Notes: generated by a model from the letters alone, not told the origin. Positions 1-10,317 are shown, counted from the whole stretch's first letter. The stretch: 62,959 nt of DNA, filler included, from an uncultured bacterium (GCA_964449065.1; 13 parts of 13 records of this genome joined end to end with filler, not necessarily neighbours in it); one strand, 5' to 3'. Made by a program: numbers and translations.

Positions 1-33
1 GAAGCAATCTGTTAAGCCGTTTTGATTTTAGTG

Positions 34-82
34 AACAATCCAAATTGGAAATGGTTTTAGACAGTTTCCAATTTGGATTGTT
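34..82. repeat. Perfect 18-bp inverted repeat (hairpin), possible terminator of the cytochrome operon
   Basis: AACAATCCAAATTGGAAA (34-51) and TTTCCAATTTGGATTGTT (65-82), 13-nt loop; about 180 bp downstream of the cytochrome stop. Confidence 0.6.
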
Positions 83-264
83 GAGGAAGCACGGCGATAT
101 ACCTCAGCGAACAGAAGACATGCAGCGTTTCAGAAAAGGATGCCTGCACTCCCATAATAGACTATTTGCCGATTCGTCATCTCTTTCTATCTACTCAAAC
201 TTGAATTGTTCTAAAGCTTTAAAAAGAGCGGCGCATTAGACTTGACCCCGTAAATCCTTCAACA

Positions 265-1389
265 TTACTTCGGGCGAAACCCGACGCTTTTATCAAACAC
301 GCGGCCGTCGTCGTGGCATTCGCTGCATGTGGCCGGTTTGCCCATTCCTTCAACATGGCAGTTGGCGCAGGCCGCCTCGCTGTGCAGTTCATCCAATTCA
401 ACGCCGGTGATTTTGTGGTCAAAGTCATCCGGTTCCCATTCAGGTTTGTGGCAGGCTGAGCATTCACTTTGCAGTTTGCTTAATTTCACCATGTAGCCGT
501 GGCAATCCTGACAGTGCAGGGCTGTATGATAGGGAGCTAACGGCCAGCCGGTTTCTTTGTGCGTAAAAACATAGTCCGGTTCTTGTCCGTGGCATTTTTC
601 GCAGTCGTCGTCTTCATGGCATTGAAAGCAGGTGTCGTGCAGATCGATTTCCTCGATATCCCCCATCGGATGCAGTTCTGTAGCCATTACGCTCGCATTG
701 TTTCCGTTATGGGTATGGCATTGCGTGCAGCTTTGCTGCTTATGGCAGATGCTGCAATCTTTGGTATAGACATCTGCATGGCGTTTGTGATGAAACGGAA
801 CAATATCGACTTCCGTTTCGTATGTGATCAATTCATTCATCGGCACCGGTTCATACTTTCGGTGGATGTTTACGGCTGTTGCCGTGCCGTGCAGTTTGCC
901 TTCGGCTTTCTTCTCGTGGCAGACGGCACAAGCCGTGTCATTGTCCCACTCGGTATGGCAGGCCAGGCATTGCCGGTGATAAGCACCCTTGAGGCCGGGT
1001 TGTTTCAAGTCTTCATGCACCACATCCACCGGGTGACACTCTTTGCAGGATTGAATGCGGGTATCCGTCTCTTGATAATGGTGGCATTGTACGCATCCAT
1101 CTGAGATTCCCGACATTTTCGCGTGCATTTTATGATCAAACCGTACCGGGACGTACAGGTTTTCCAACTCATCCAATATGACGGTATCCGGGCCTAGATC
1201 TTTACTTTCCACAACCTGCGGATGCGAACGCGGACACATCTTCAAACATGGGTCTTCTTTGGTTGGATTGTCACAAGAATGGCACAAGGCACAATCCATT
1301 TTCATAGTTTGCCCGTGAACGACTCCGTTGGAAATTAAAATCATTCCAACACCGATCAATAAACGAGAGATAAAACTTACGCTGCGCAT
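265..1389 (-). CDS. Periplasmic multiheme cytochrome c (13 CxxCH motifs, cytochrome c3/HmcA-like)
   Basis: Signal peptide; 13 CxxCH motifs (CALCH to CSECH); c3-type elements VRFDHKMH, LKGAYHRQC, FHHKRH. Confidence 0.92.
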   Translation of the reverse strand: MRSVSFISRLLIGVGMILISNGVVHGQTMKMDCALCHSCDNPTKEDPCLKMCPRSHPQVVESKDLGPDTVILDELENLYVPVRFDHKMHAKMSGISDGCVQCHHYQETDTRIQSCKECHPVDVVHEDLKQPGLKGAYHRQCLACHTEWDNDTACAVCHEKKAEGKLHGTATAVNIHRKYEPVPMNELITYETEVDIVPFHHKRHADVYTKDCSICHKQQSCTQCHTHNGNNASVMATELHPMGDIEEIDLHDTCFQCHEDDDCEKCHGQEPDYVFTHKETGWPLAPYHTALHCQDCHGYMVKLSKLQSECSACHKPEWEPDDFDHKITGVELDELHSEAACANCHVEGMGKPATCSECHDDGRVFDKSVGFRPK

Positions 1390-2597
1390 GATGGTTTCCG
1401 ATCTACCGGGAGAACCGGGAAGAAGGTTGCAATCACCCGGTACAAAAGTATTAAGGCACTGATTAAGCCAACCGTTACGGCGATTTCCGCCACACTGGGG
1501 AAATAGGTCTGATCAGCATACACCGGTGTGTAAGCAATCAGAAAAACATTGATCCGGTTTAGAGCGACACCCAGAATGACCAGAGTAGAGGCGCTGAATA
1601 ATAACCATGTGGAATTACGGACTTTAATGGAAAAGAGTAGAACACAAGGCAGCAATACGCCGCCAATGATTTCCACTAAGAACATGTTGCTGGCGAGTGA
1701 ATTTTCCAACAATAGTGGGAATTGCTCGCGTATGGCCAAATCGCCGATTTTGAATCCCGCATACAAGACCAGCAGAGGGGCAACAAAGCGGGCTAGCGAT
1801 GAAAGGATATGCATTTCCGGCTCACGTTTGAACGCTTTCGATGCAAGAATAGCTTCAAAGATGATCATCGGGAATCCGACACAGATTGCCGAAAGCAAGA
1901 ACAGCCAGGGTAATATCGGTGTGAACCATAGCGCGTGCATTTTCGACGGTGCAATCAGCATCAAAGTACCCAAAGAGGATTGATGCAAGCATGAAAGCAC
2001 AATACCAGCAATAATAAAAACTCCCAAAAAGCGGTTTAACGTGGTTTGCGAAACCGACAAGAGTTTTTCCACTACCAAATTCAACTTGCTGAGAATGCCG
2101 GGAAGATTGACGTTGCCTTTTAATCCCTCAGCGAATATTGGTAAAAACTCGATGTAGAGAACCGTAATGTATGCCATGAAGCAGATCCCTACTTCAAAGA
2201 GAACCGAGTGACCCGACCACATCCAAGGCATCATCGGGTGCCAAATGTTGTAGTAGCGTCCTAAATCCAGCATGAGACCCAACACGACAAAGGTGTAGCC
2301 TAACATGGCGGTTAACAGGGCGGCGCGAATAAGCGGGTGATATTTCTCAATTCGAAATACATAGACCAAAGCGGCAGAAGTGAATCCCCCGGCGGCAAGT
2401 GCGACCCCGGTCGCGACATCAATCGCGATCCAAATGCCCCACGGATGGGCGTTGCTCAGGTTGGTTGCCGGGCCGATACCAAAGAGCAAGCGGTAGACGG
2501 CAAAGCCAAAACCTGTCAAAGCCAGCATGGCTAAAATATAGACGCCTTTTGTATTGAGTTTCTTGCCGGCGGCGGCGAATTCATGGCTGTTACTCAT
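1377..2597 (-). CDS. NrfD/PsrC-family membrane subunit (HybB/HmcC-like)
   Basis: PWGIWIAIDVATGVALAAGGF, DLGR, SVLFEV and LHQSSLG motifs; many TM helices; overlaps both neighbours. Confidence 0.92.
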   Translation of the reverse strand: MSNSHEFAAAGKKLNTKGVYILAMLALTGFGFAVYRLLFGIGPATNLSNAHPWGIWIAIDVATGVALAAGGFTSAALVYVFRIEKYHPLIRAALLTAMLGYTFVVLGLMLDLGRYYNIWHPMMPWMWSGHSVLFEVGICFMAYITVLYIEFLPIFAEGLKGNVNLPGILSKLNLVVEKLLSVSQTTLNRFLGVFIIAGIVLSCLHQSSLGTLMLIAPSKMHALWFTPILPWLFLLSAICVGFPMIIFEAILASKAFKREPEMHILSSLARFVAPLLVLYAGFKIGDLAIREQFPLLLENSLASNMFLVEIIGGVLLPCVLLFSIKVRNSTWLLFSASTLVILGVALNRINVFLIAYTPVYADQTYFPSVAEIAVTVGLISALILLYRVIATFFPVLPVDRKPSCAA

Positions 2598-3489
2598 GGT
2601 TTCTTACCTCCTGCGCGGCCGCTTCATTTTCCGGTTTGGTTAGATGCATAATCCCCGATAAAAGCACAACCAGCGCCAGCGGCGGAATGAAGTTGCGGAA
2701 CACGCCGTGCTGGATGGATTCGGTTAAACGGGGTGGCGCGGCATGTTCCAAATCCGGAAAGCCGAGTTTTGCAAACTCTTCGTTAGCCAAATACATCCAT
2801 GATGTTCCACCGACTTCAAATTCTCCGTATACATGATTGATGTAGCGGTCCGGATTTTGTTCAATTTTAGAATGCGCCAATGCCAACAGATCATCGCGAT
2901 TGCCGTATGTCAAACATTCGGGCGGGCAGATGGAAACACAAGCCGGGGCTTCGTCTTTATTCTTGATGCGTTCGATGCAGAATGTGCACTTTCTTACTTC
3001 GGGGGTAAAAGCATCATTGTATTCGTACGCGTTGGCTTGGAAGGGGCAGGCGACCATACAATAGCGGCACCCCATGCAGCGCTCTGCGTCATAAGAAACC
3101 ACTCCGTTTTCTTCTTTATTTATCGCGCTGACCAGGCAGGCGGATGCGCAGGCCGGATCGTTGCAGTGCATGCATTGCGATTTCACCCAAACCGGCTTTT
3201 CTCGTATTTCGGAGTTGAATTCGTTGACAACAGTATAATGATCTTCGGTGGGATACCGCCGCTCTGCGAAAACCGACTTGTCTTCGTACGCTTCAACCGA
3301 TTCGGTGTTCAGTTGGTTGGCGTCATTGCAGGCCCATTCGCATTTTCGGCATCCGATACATACGGTGGTATCAACCAATACACCCTTTGCGTTTGGATTG
3401 GATTTCGGTTTATCAGAGGCGATAGCTGTACCGCCTGAGCATACAACCGGCAATAACGCCGCGGATTTGATTAGGTTTCTTCGATCCAT
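2590..3489 (-). CDS. Tat-exported 4Fe-4S ferredoxin subunit (HybA/HmcB-like)
   Basis: MDRRNLIK twin-arginine signal after GAGG RBS; CIGCRKCEWAC, CMHCNDPACASAC, CMGCRYCMVACP, KCTFC; C-terminal TM helix. Confidence 0.92.
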   Translation of the reverse strand: MDRRNLIKSAALLPVVCSGGTAIASDKPKSNPNAKGVLVDTTVCIGCRKCEWACNDANQLNTESVEAYEDKSVFAERRYPTEDHYTVVNEFNSEIREKPVWVKSQCMHCNDPACASACLVSAINKEENGVVSYDAERCMGCRYCMVACPFQANAYEYNDAFTPEVRKCTFCIERIKNKDEAPACVSICPPECLTYGNRDDLLALAHSKIEQNPDRYINHVYGEFEVGGTSWMYLANEEFAKLGFPDLEHAAPPRLTESIQHGVFRNFIPPLALVVLLSGIMHLTKPENEAAAQEVRNHE

Positions 3490-3813
3490 AATGCACACCT
3501 GCCTCTGTAAGAATTTCAAAAAGATACCGCTGAAAATCATTTATACGTGGTATCTATAGTTAATATTATCTCTATCTATTTGGATGTAAAGAGAAATCTA
3601 TATTATTTTATCTATAAAACTATAATACCAATATTATAATATATCTTGCTTTTATGGATTGTTTAAACTATTCGACCATGATATATTGGATATGTCCGTT
3701 AAACAAATAGATATTTTATTATCTATATAAATTTTATCATGTATCTCTTCAAAAATTAAAAAATCGGGTAAAATAAAGATAATATGATCTTAAAGTTATA
3801 AAAGAGATTTTCC
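3490..3813. promoter_or_regulatory. Very AT-rich divergent promoter region between the hybA-like operon and rnfC
   Basis: Divergent gene starts; repeated ATCTAT motif; ATAGATA-N6-TATCTAT palindrome at 3707-3726. Confidence 0.55.
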
Positions 3814-4902
3814 ATGAATTTAGCGACGTTCTTAACCAACAATACATATACGTTTCACCGTGGAATTTTTCCTCCAACCAACAAACGGTTGTCTGAAGCA
3901 AAAGCCATCGAAGTTTTGCCGACGCCAAGCGATGTGAATATCCCACTGCTTCAGCATATTGGGGCGGTCTGTGAAGCGAAAGTAAAACCCCGAACCGATG
4001 TGGAATTCGGCGATGTTGTAGGAGAATCAAAGGAATTTATATCCGCCCCGGTACACGCCACCGTTTCGGGGAAAACCGCTAGAACATCTGTCACTACACT
4101 GCCGAATGGAAGGCATGTTGAAGTGATTCCCGTTAAAAGTAACAAAGAACAGCCTTTAGAAGGGCAGGCTTTGTACGACAATATGTTCCGGGGTGAATGG
4201 TCTTATGATGCGGTAAATCAATTTCAGCCGGATGAAGTTGTGCAAGCAGTAAAAGCAGCTGGAATTGTTGGGCTTGGCGGTGCAGGATTCCCAACATTTG
4301 TGAAGTTAATAAAAAACGAGAAAAAACCGGTACATACCATTTTGTTGAACGGTTGTGAGTGTGAACCCTATTTAACTTCAGATTACCGCCTGATGGTTGA
4401 AGCCCCTGAGCCGGTCATTTGCGGAGCATTACTAGCCAAGAAAGCACTAGACGCTGATAAGGTGATTATCTGTTTGGAAGACAATCACCATGATGCCGCG
4501 GATGCGCTGGCGGAAGCTTCCAAAGATACCGGAATTGAAATCGTTCTCGCCAAGACCAAATATCCCCAAGGCGGTGAAAAGCAGTTGATCTACGCGATGA
4601 CCCGCAAAGAAGTACCGGCGGGCGGTTTGCCCAGCGATGTAGGGGTTGCCGTGATCAATGTCGGCAGTTCGGCCGCTATTGCCCGTGCGGTGATGCGGAA
4701 AAAACCGTTAACCCACCGGGTGGTATCTGTAACCGGGCGGGGAATCAACGAACCGAAGAACCTCTTGGTTCCTATCGGTACTCCCTATAGCAAATTGATT
4801 GAATATTGCGGTGGATTAACCGAAGATGCCGCCCGCGTAGTTGCCGGCGGACCGATGATGGGCTTTACACTGGGGAACTTGGACACCCCCGTTACCAAAG
4901 GA
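3814..4902 (+). CDS. rnfC: Rnf electron transport complex subunit C (3' end cut by contig end)
   Basis: IPLLQHIGA, SAPVHATVSG, AGIVGLGGAGFPT, NGCECEPYLTSD, KYPQGGEKQL, GGPMMG. Confidence 0.93.
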
Positions 4903-5002
4903 NNNNNNNNNNNNNNNNNNNNNNNNNNNNNNNNNNNNNNNNNNNNTTAATTAATTAANNNNNNNNNNNNNNNNNNNNNNNNNNNNNNNNNNNNNNNNNN
5001 NN
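4903..5002. other. Artificial contig spacer (N run with TTAATTAATTAA), first of 12
   Basis: Same 100-nt spacer at 9902, 14884, 19855, 24806, 29666, 34498, 39314, 44094, 48870, 53603 and 58301. Confidence 0.99.
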
Positions 5003-5088
5003 GCCCTCTCCCGGTGGGAGAGGGTGATAGATTCAGCGAACGATTAGAAAAATGGGCCTATCATAATGTAGTGCGTAACGTGAGTTAG
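5003..5088 (-). repeat. Diverged copy of the TAACTGATGTTACGCA MITE-like element, with internal CCCTCTCCCGGTGGGAGAGGG hairpin
   Basis: Reverse strand reads CTAACTCACGTTACGCA...TCTATC and then a GC hairpin, the same layout as the 19716 copy. Confidence 0.6.
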
Positions 5089-5148
5089 GAAGTTCAAACT
5101 ACTCGTAGATGGGTACGACCATGATGTGTCCGTCATGATCAGCATCAT

Positions 5149-6624
5149 TTACGCTCCTACATGTATCACGCGGCGGAAATGCCGTTTGGCCAAGAAACTC
5201 AACGTATGCAGCGTTTGGCGCGGCTGCGACAAGACACGCTTGAAGGTGCGGTAATCGCGGAAGGGGCGGATGAGCTTGTGCATATCCCACTCATTGTAGG
5301 CCATGCGCAGGGCTTTTTCTAGATCTTTTCCGGTGAGTTCATCCGTGTGCACAACCGATGTGGTTCCGCCGTCATACTGCGACCAATCGTCGGTTAACAG
5401 CATTTCTTTTTCTTTCATCTCATCGTAGAAGGTGGAGCCGGGGAACGGGGTCATTAGCGAGAACTGCAAGGTATCCGGGTCTAACTTTTTGGCAAAGTTA
5501 ATGGTTTTGCGCACGGTTTCCCAGGTTTCTCCCGGCAATCCGAAGCTGAAGGTTAGATGGGTACGAATACCCAACTCGCGGGTAATGCGGCAGGCTTCTT
5601 CGACTTTGGAAAGATCCAAACTCTTTTTGGCGTTATCGACCAACTCTTGCGAGCCGGATTCGACACCGAATTTAATGCCTTGCAAACCGGAACGCTTCAT
5701 TTCCAGCAGGGTTTCGCGGTCGGACGTATCGGCGCGCGACATCGCCGCCCAGGGCATATTCAGTTCCCGGCGGCTGATTTCTTCACACAGCGCCAAAATA
5801 CGCTTTTTGCCGATGTTGAAGGTGTCGTCGTCAAAATAGAACGAGCGGAAGCCGTAATCCTTCTTCATCGCTTCGATTTCATCGACCACATCAACCGGGT
5901 TGCGCTTGCGGTATTTGTTGTCGCTGTACATAATCTGCGGCCAGGCGCAGAAGGTGCAGGTAAACGGGCAGCCGCGGGTTGACCACATTTGCAGGCTGGG
6001 TGCCGGGATACCGCCGGGACAGTCGTGATAGTTCATCATCGGCAAATGGCTGCGCGAGGGCCAGGGCAATGAATCCAAATCGCCGATGGAATCCAGACGT
6101 TCTGTTTCTGCCGGGGCCCCTTCCGCCGTTCTATAGACCAAGTTGTTTACTTGAGAAATATCCGAACCGGATTCAATGGCTTTGACCAGTTCCAACACAA
6201 CAAAATCATACTCGCCCTTCATCACAAAATCCACGACGGGATATTCATTCAAAAATTCCGGGCGGTACATATCCACCATAATGCCGCAGAAGACCACTTT
6301 GGTATGCGGGCACGCTTCCTTGATTCGTTTAGCCTGGCGAAGGTCGGTCGGTAAGGAGGCGGTGGACACTTCGATAATGGTGACATCGGGTTGAAAGGCA
6401 ACGGCGCGGCTGACATAGTCGTCTTCCGTCGTCCGTTCCGCAACACCGTCAATGAGCAGGCATTCGTATTGACTCTTTTCGAGAACCGCGGTTGCATACG
6501 CCAAATAGAACGGAAACGGCATATACTGGTTGCCGTCTTCTTCAAAATGGGGCCAGCGTGAGCCCGCCCGCACATAATAATATCCATTACGGTAGTGTGG
6601 ACCGTTGCCTAAAAATATTTTCAT
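5149..6624 (-). CDS. B12-binding-domain radical SAM protein (HpnJ-like)
   Basis: RAGSRWP N-terminal motif; TRGCPFTCTFC (CxxxCxxC); FDDDTF; FGVESGS; GLPGET. Confidence 0.9.
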   Translation of the reverse strand: MKIFLGNGPHYRNGYYYVRAGSRWPHFEEDGNQYMPFPFYLAYATAVLEKSQYECLLIDGVAERTTEDDYVSRAVAFQPDVTIIEVSTASLPTDLRQAKRIKEACPHTKVVFCGIMVDMYRPEFLNEYPVVDFVMKGEYDFVVLELVKAIESGSDISQVNNLVYRTAEGAPAETERLDSIGDLDSLPWPSRSHLPMMNYHDCPGGIPAPSLQMWSTRGCPFTCTFCAWPQIMYSDNKYRKRNPVDVVDEIEAMKKDYGFRSFYFDDDTFNIGKKRILALCEEISRRELNMPWAAMSRADTSDRETLLEMKRSGLQGIKFGVESGSQELVDNAKKSLDLSKVEEACRITRELGIRTHLTFSFGLPGETWETVRKTINFAKKLDPDTLQFSLMTPFPGSTFYDEMKEKEMLLTDDWSQYDGGTTSVVHTDELTGKDLEKALRMAYNEWDMHKLIRPFRDYRTFKRVLSQPRQTLHTLSFLAKRHFRRVIHVGA

Positions 6625-6700
6625 ATACCGCCATCCTTCGTGCATCACTAAATGGTGTATCACCCATTCATTACGGATGATGTCACCATATATGAAATTG

Positions 6701-7522
6701 TTATATATACAATGCCATGCTAAGAAGCAATGGGAGAGACGCCACTAAAAACGCCCGCCATCGTGGAAGCTTCTGCACCATTTGAAAACCGCGTGTACAT
6801 AATACCAGTACCACAACTTCTGACAAGACTATTCCAAAAAAAGGGATCAATTGCAGGCACTGCGCTCCCATGCTATAACAGCGGATTTGGAGCGTTTCCA
6901 AATAATTGCCCTGCCCTTGAAAAAAACGGATCAACAACTGCTGCAATACCGATGTCAACAACACGTTCAGTACCAAAAAATGGATGGGCATCAATAGAAA
7001 TACCCCGAGCGGCTGTTGAGAAACCAATTCGTACTGTTCGCGAAGCTCGACAGGGAAATCATATACGGCTGCGCCTTCTTCAGCCGATGCATTGACAGAA
7101 TCCACATACGAAATCATATAAGGCATGGCCAGTTTGAGATAGAACATCTTCATCGGAAACCAAAACAGTACGATACAAAGAAACGCGAATACGATTGGCG
7201 TGGTATAATTGCTTTGGGTTGATATACGCGAAAACAGCCGTTCCGGCTTTCTGGAAAGCATTTGAAGAGTAGAGAAAAACGCGGATGTTACCCCTTCTTC
7301 CTGCCACTTTTGCCACGGAATCCAATCGCCGGTTGCTTGGGCGGCGGTTGTTTGGATTTGTGTTTTTTCAGGAGCTTGTGAGCGGTCTATGAAACTGAAC
7401 CAACAAGGAACGCAGAACACTTCTCCCTCAACGAGGATGGAACAGCGTGAACAGACCTCTTTTTGACAATTGTAGCAGGGAAAGAGGTCTGTATCATTTG
7501 AACATTTTGCGCATTGAGCCAT
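6701..7522 (-). CDS. Yip1-like membrane protein with N-terminal Cys-rich zinc finger
   Basis: Four CxxC pairs at the N-terminus; IPW motif; several TM segments; LIPFFG. Confidence 0.7.
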   Translation of the reverse strand: MAQCAKCSNDTDLFPCYNCQKEVCSRCSILVEGEVFCVPCWFSFIDRSQAPEKTQIQTTAAQATGDWIPWQKWQEEGVTSAFFSTLQMLSRKPERLFSRISTQSNYTTPIVFAFLCIVLFWFPMKMFYLKLAMPYMISYVDSVNASAEEGAAVYDFPVELREQYELVSQQPLGVFLLMPIHFLVLNVLLTSVLQQLLIRFFQGQGNYLETLQIRCYSMGAQCLQLIPFFGIVLSEVVVLVLCTRGFQMVQKLPRWRAFLVASLPLLLSMALYI

Positions 7523-7570
7523 TTGAACCGATTCATTACCTTTGCAAGATCATGAATAGTGTATCCGAAT

Positions 7571-9688
7571 TTACCGCTGCCGTCTAAACGAATAAGCGGA
7601 TTCTTTTCGTTCGGATTTTTGCTCGGGTCTTTGCCGGACCGGTTCCGATTGAATGTTCACGCCGGTGCTGGATTGGCTACCCGTTTTTAGGTTGAAATCA
7701 TCCGCTGGCGGTATCCCCGGTTCATTCAGATTTTGCAGACGCCCCGCAAATCCCGATACATCCGCAAACCCGCCGCGAACGTAATCAAACACGCTTAAAA
7801 ACGCATTGTTGCTGCCAAAGGCAACCCGCTGCCACGTGCCCAATCCAGCCGAAATGCCGGAAGGAAGCGCAGGGGGTATCGTTAGGATACTGGATTGAAA
7901 CCTATGCGTTTCGGCATTGTAAACTCTTCCGTACACGGTTGAATCGTTTTCAATTTGCCAAGTTACGATAAAACGCCCCTCCGACATTGCGGATACATCC
8001 GGGAAACGGACAAATTCACCTTCATTCGAGGGACTGATGACGAACTCGTTTTGAATGATGTTCCCCGATGAATCGATTACCGCTGCTTGAACCCGTCCAA
8101 CATTGCGTTCGGAGAAGAAGTTTTCCCACACAATCATAAACAATCCGCTATCCGCTTCATACGCAATGCGGGGATCAAACGAATCATCCGGCGTGTCATC
8201 CAAAGCGCTCACTTGCACTTCCGCAGCCGATTCGGGCAGCGTACCATCCGCGGTTAAAGGGGTATCCAAACGAAAGACGCGGGCGTAGATATCGTTGCGC
8301 TTATCGTCGCCCAATATCAAGCGGTTATCCGACCAAACCGCGATGACGTTGCCGTTCTCATCCCCCACAATATCCGGCGCTTGCGCAACCGTGTTTTCAA
8401 AGGGAATATTGACTTGAAAATCCTCTTCGTTCAGTGTGTCAACACCGTTGCCGGTCCAGCGCAGGCGGCGGGCGAAGATGTCATCCACAAAGTTTCGGTC
8501 ATCCACCCATGTCACCAAGATTTCGTCATCAACCGGGGTATCCACTTCGGGATTTTTGGCGTTGGTATCGACAAACAAGCGGTTCACTTCAAAATCCGCA
8601 CCGCCGATACGCGCTCCCATGTTGTTGTATTGCGCCAAAAAAATGCTGGTCAATTTTTCGATACTGCGGTCATCCGACCAAACGATATGACGCACACGAT
8701 CACTATCGATCGATATATCCGGGTCGCCGGCAGAGGTGTCTTCAAAGGTTTCATTCACCAAAAACGATCCCCGAACTTCACGCGGTTCAGTACCGATGTT
8801 CCACAGCGAGATGTCATTGAAGCCGAAGGATTGATCGACCGCAACCACGGCATACTCATCATCGGCAACATGCGCAACCGCCGGTGAGAACGATTCGAAC
8901 GAGTCGCTTAGATTGGTGAGGTTAAAGTCGGTAATGCGGGATAACTGACTGGCCTGCGGAGGCTGCGTTGGTGTGGGAGTAACCGTGGGCGTTTGCGTCG
9001 GTATTGGCGTGATGGTTGGAGTCGGTGTATTGGCAGGCGGAGACGCTTGCGTTAAACCAAACAATACTTGTAAATCGGGATTCGTAACCACATCCCGGCT
9101 CAGCAGGTGTACCTCAAAGTTATCAATCATGGCGGTGGTAAATCCGCCTTCATTGCCGGGGTCCACCGCGATTTGGAACAAGGGGATAAAGGCATCGCTC
9201 TTCGGTTCATACAGCACCCGCACCCGGCGGTAGCCATCCATAAACGCGCGGCTGTTGGATTCCAGCGAATAGGCGGCGCTGCCGTCGGTATCGGCCAGCG
9301 AACCATCGGGCGCCACATCCAATCCGCCTACCGCCACGAGGGCATCCGGCGATGTTGCCAGAATGGATACGCTGATTAAGGCGGGCTGCCCGTTTGTGTT
9401 TACAACCGGGCCCAAGACCAATGACCCCTGTCCGCTCTGCGCGGAAATGAGTATTCCCCTGCCGTTGGTTAGGCTGGGGTCTTCCGGGCTGCTGGGTATC
9501 GCGGCCACCGTAACCGGAGCGAGAGTAAATTCTCCCGACCCGGCGGGGATAGCCGTCCAACCGGTCTGCTGAAAGGTGTTTTGATCAAACCCGGTGCGAA
9601 AAACAGGCTCAATTCTCGATAAGGCGGAAGAAATGCCGAAAGAAAAGAGAATTAAAACGATCAAAATAGATTGAATGTACTGTTTCAC
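7571..9688 (-). CDS. Large secreted protein with Pro/Thr linker and repeated beta-propeller-like units
   Basis: GTG start after GGGAGG; signal peptide; PTPTITPIPTQTPTVTPTPT linker; repeats of P.I...VWxDxR...DI(F/Y)AR. Confidence 0.8.
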   Translation of the reverse strand: MKQYIQSILIVLILFSFGISSALSRIEPVFRTGFDQNTFQQTGWTAIPAGSGEFTLAPVTVAAIPSSPEDPSLTNGRGILISAQSGQGSLVLGPVVNTNGQPALISVSILATSPDALVAVGGLDVAPDGSLADTDGSAAYSLESNSRAFMDGYRRVRVLYEPKSDAFIPLFQIAVDPGNEGGFTTAMIDNFEVHLLSRDVVTNPDLQVLFGLTQASPPANTPTPTITPIPTQTPTVTPTPTQPPQASQLSRITDFNLTNLSDSFESFSPAVAHVADDEYAVVAVDQSFGFNDISLWNIGTEPREVRGSFLVNETFEDTSAGDPDISIDSDRVRHIVWSDDRSIEKLTSIFLAQYNNMGARIGGADFEVNRLFVDTNAKNPEVDTPVDDEILVTWVDDRNFVDDIFARRLRWTGNGVDTLNEEDFQVNIPFENTVAQAPDIVGDENGNVIAVWSDNRLILGDDKRNDIYARVFRLDTPLTADGTLPESAAEVQVSALDDTPDDSFDPRIAYEADSGLFMIVWENFFSERNVGRVQAAVIDSSGNIIQNEFVISPSNEGEFVRFPDVSAMSEGRFIVTWQIENDSTVYGRVYNAETHRFQSSILTIPPALPSGISAGLGTWQRVAFGSNNAFLSVFDYVRGGFADVSGFAGRLQNLNEPGIPPADDFNLKTGSQSSTGVNIQSEPVRQRPEQKSERKESAYSFRRQR

Positions 9689-10001
9689 GGTTTGCCTCCC
9701 ATAAAATAACAGAATCGTATTGAGTATATCGCAGCGGTTCTGAAATCAACTAATTCAGAAGCAAATTCCAGAGTAGATTACACCTATATCTTACCAAAAG
9801 AATTCCGTATGATGGGAACAATGTTTTGATTTCGGGAGGTATGTTATGGATCTTTGGGTTTTAGCGGGGATTTCAACTCTGCCGATTTTAACGGTGTGTG
9901 TNNNNNNNNNNNNNNNNNNNNNNNNNNNNNNNNNNNNNNNNNNNNTTAATTAATTAANNNNNNNNNNNNNNNNNNNNNNNNNNNNNNNNNNNNNNNNNNN
10001 N

Positions 10002-10035
10002 CACCTAGCCTCCCCCATTGCATGGGGGGGAGGAA
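10002..10035. repeat. REP-like GC hairpin at contig start
   Basis: CCTCCCCCATTGCATGGGGGGGAGG; near-identical to the hairpin at 46319. Confidence 0.65.
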
Positions 10036-10317
10036 TGAGAAAATTTATTCGATTTTTTTGAAAATGCACTTCATATTACTGACCTGTTATCAATTTTTGT
10101 AACGGATTTTACCCCTGTTTTTTAACCGCGAATGCACACGAATCAATGAAAATAAAGACTTCGTGTATGCAACTCAGTCAGATTAGTATTCCTATTACGC
10201 CTCTCAACGGGTGACAACACTAATTTTGCACGGATTCAATGAATTGGGAAGCGCAGCATGGCGTATACTGCTAAATTTGGGTTCTCCATTCGCTTGCAAA
10301 CCGGCGATGAAGATACG

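Noticed and set aside
34..86. Integron attC site
   Set aside because: Ends do not fit RYYYAAC/GTTRRRY well and there is no cassette array
4947..4958. TTAATTAATTAA as a biological repeat
   Set aside because: Artificial linker inside the N spacers
9847..9901. Gene start MDLWVLAG after GGAGG
   Set aside because: Only 18 codons before the contig end, so it cannot be assigned
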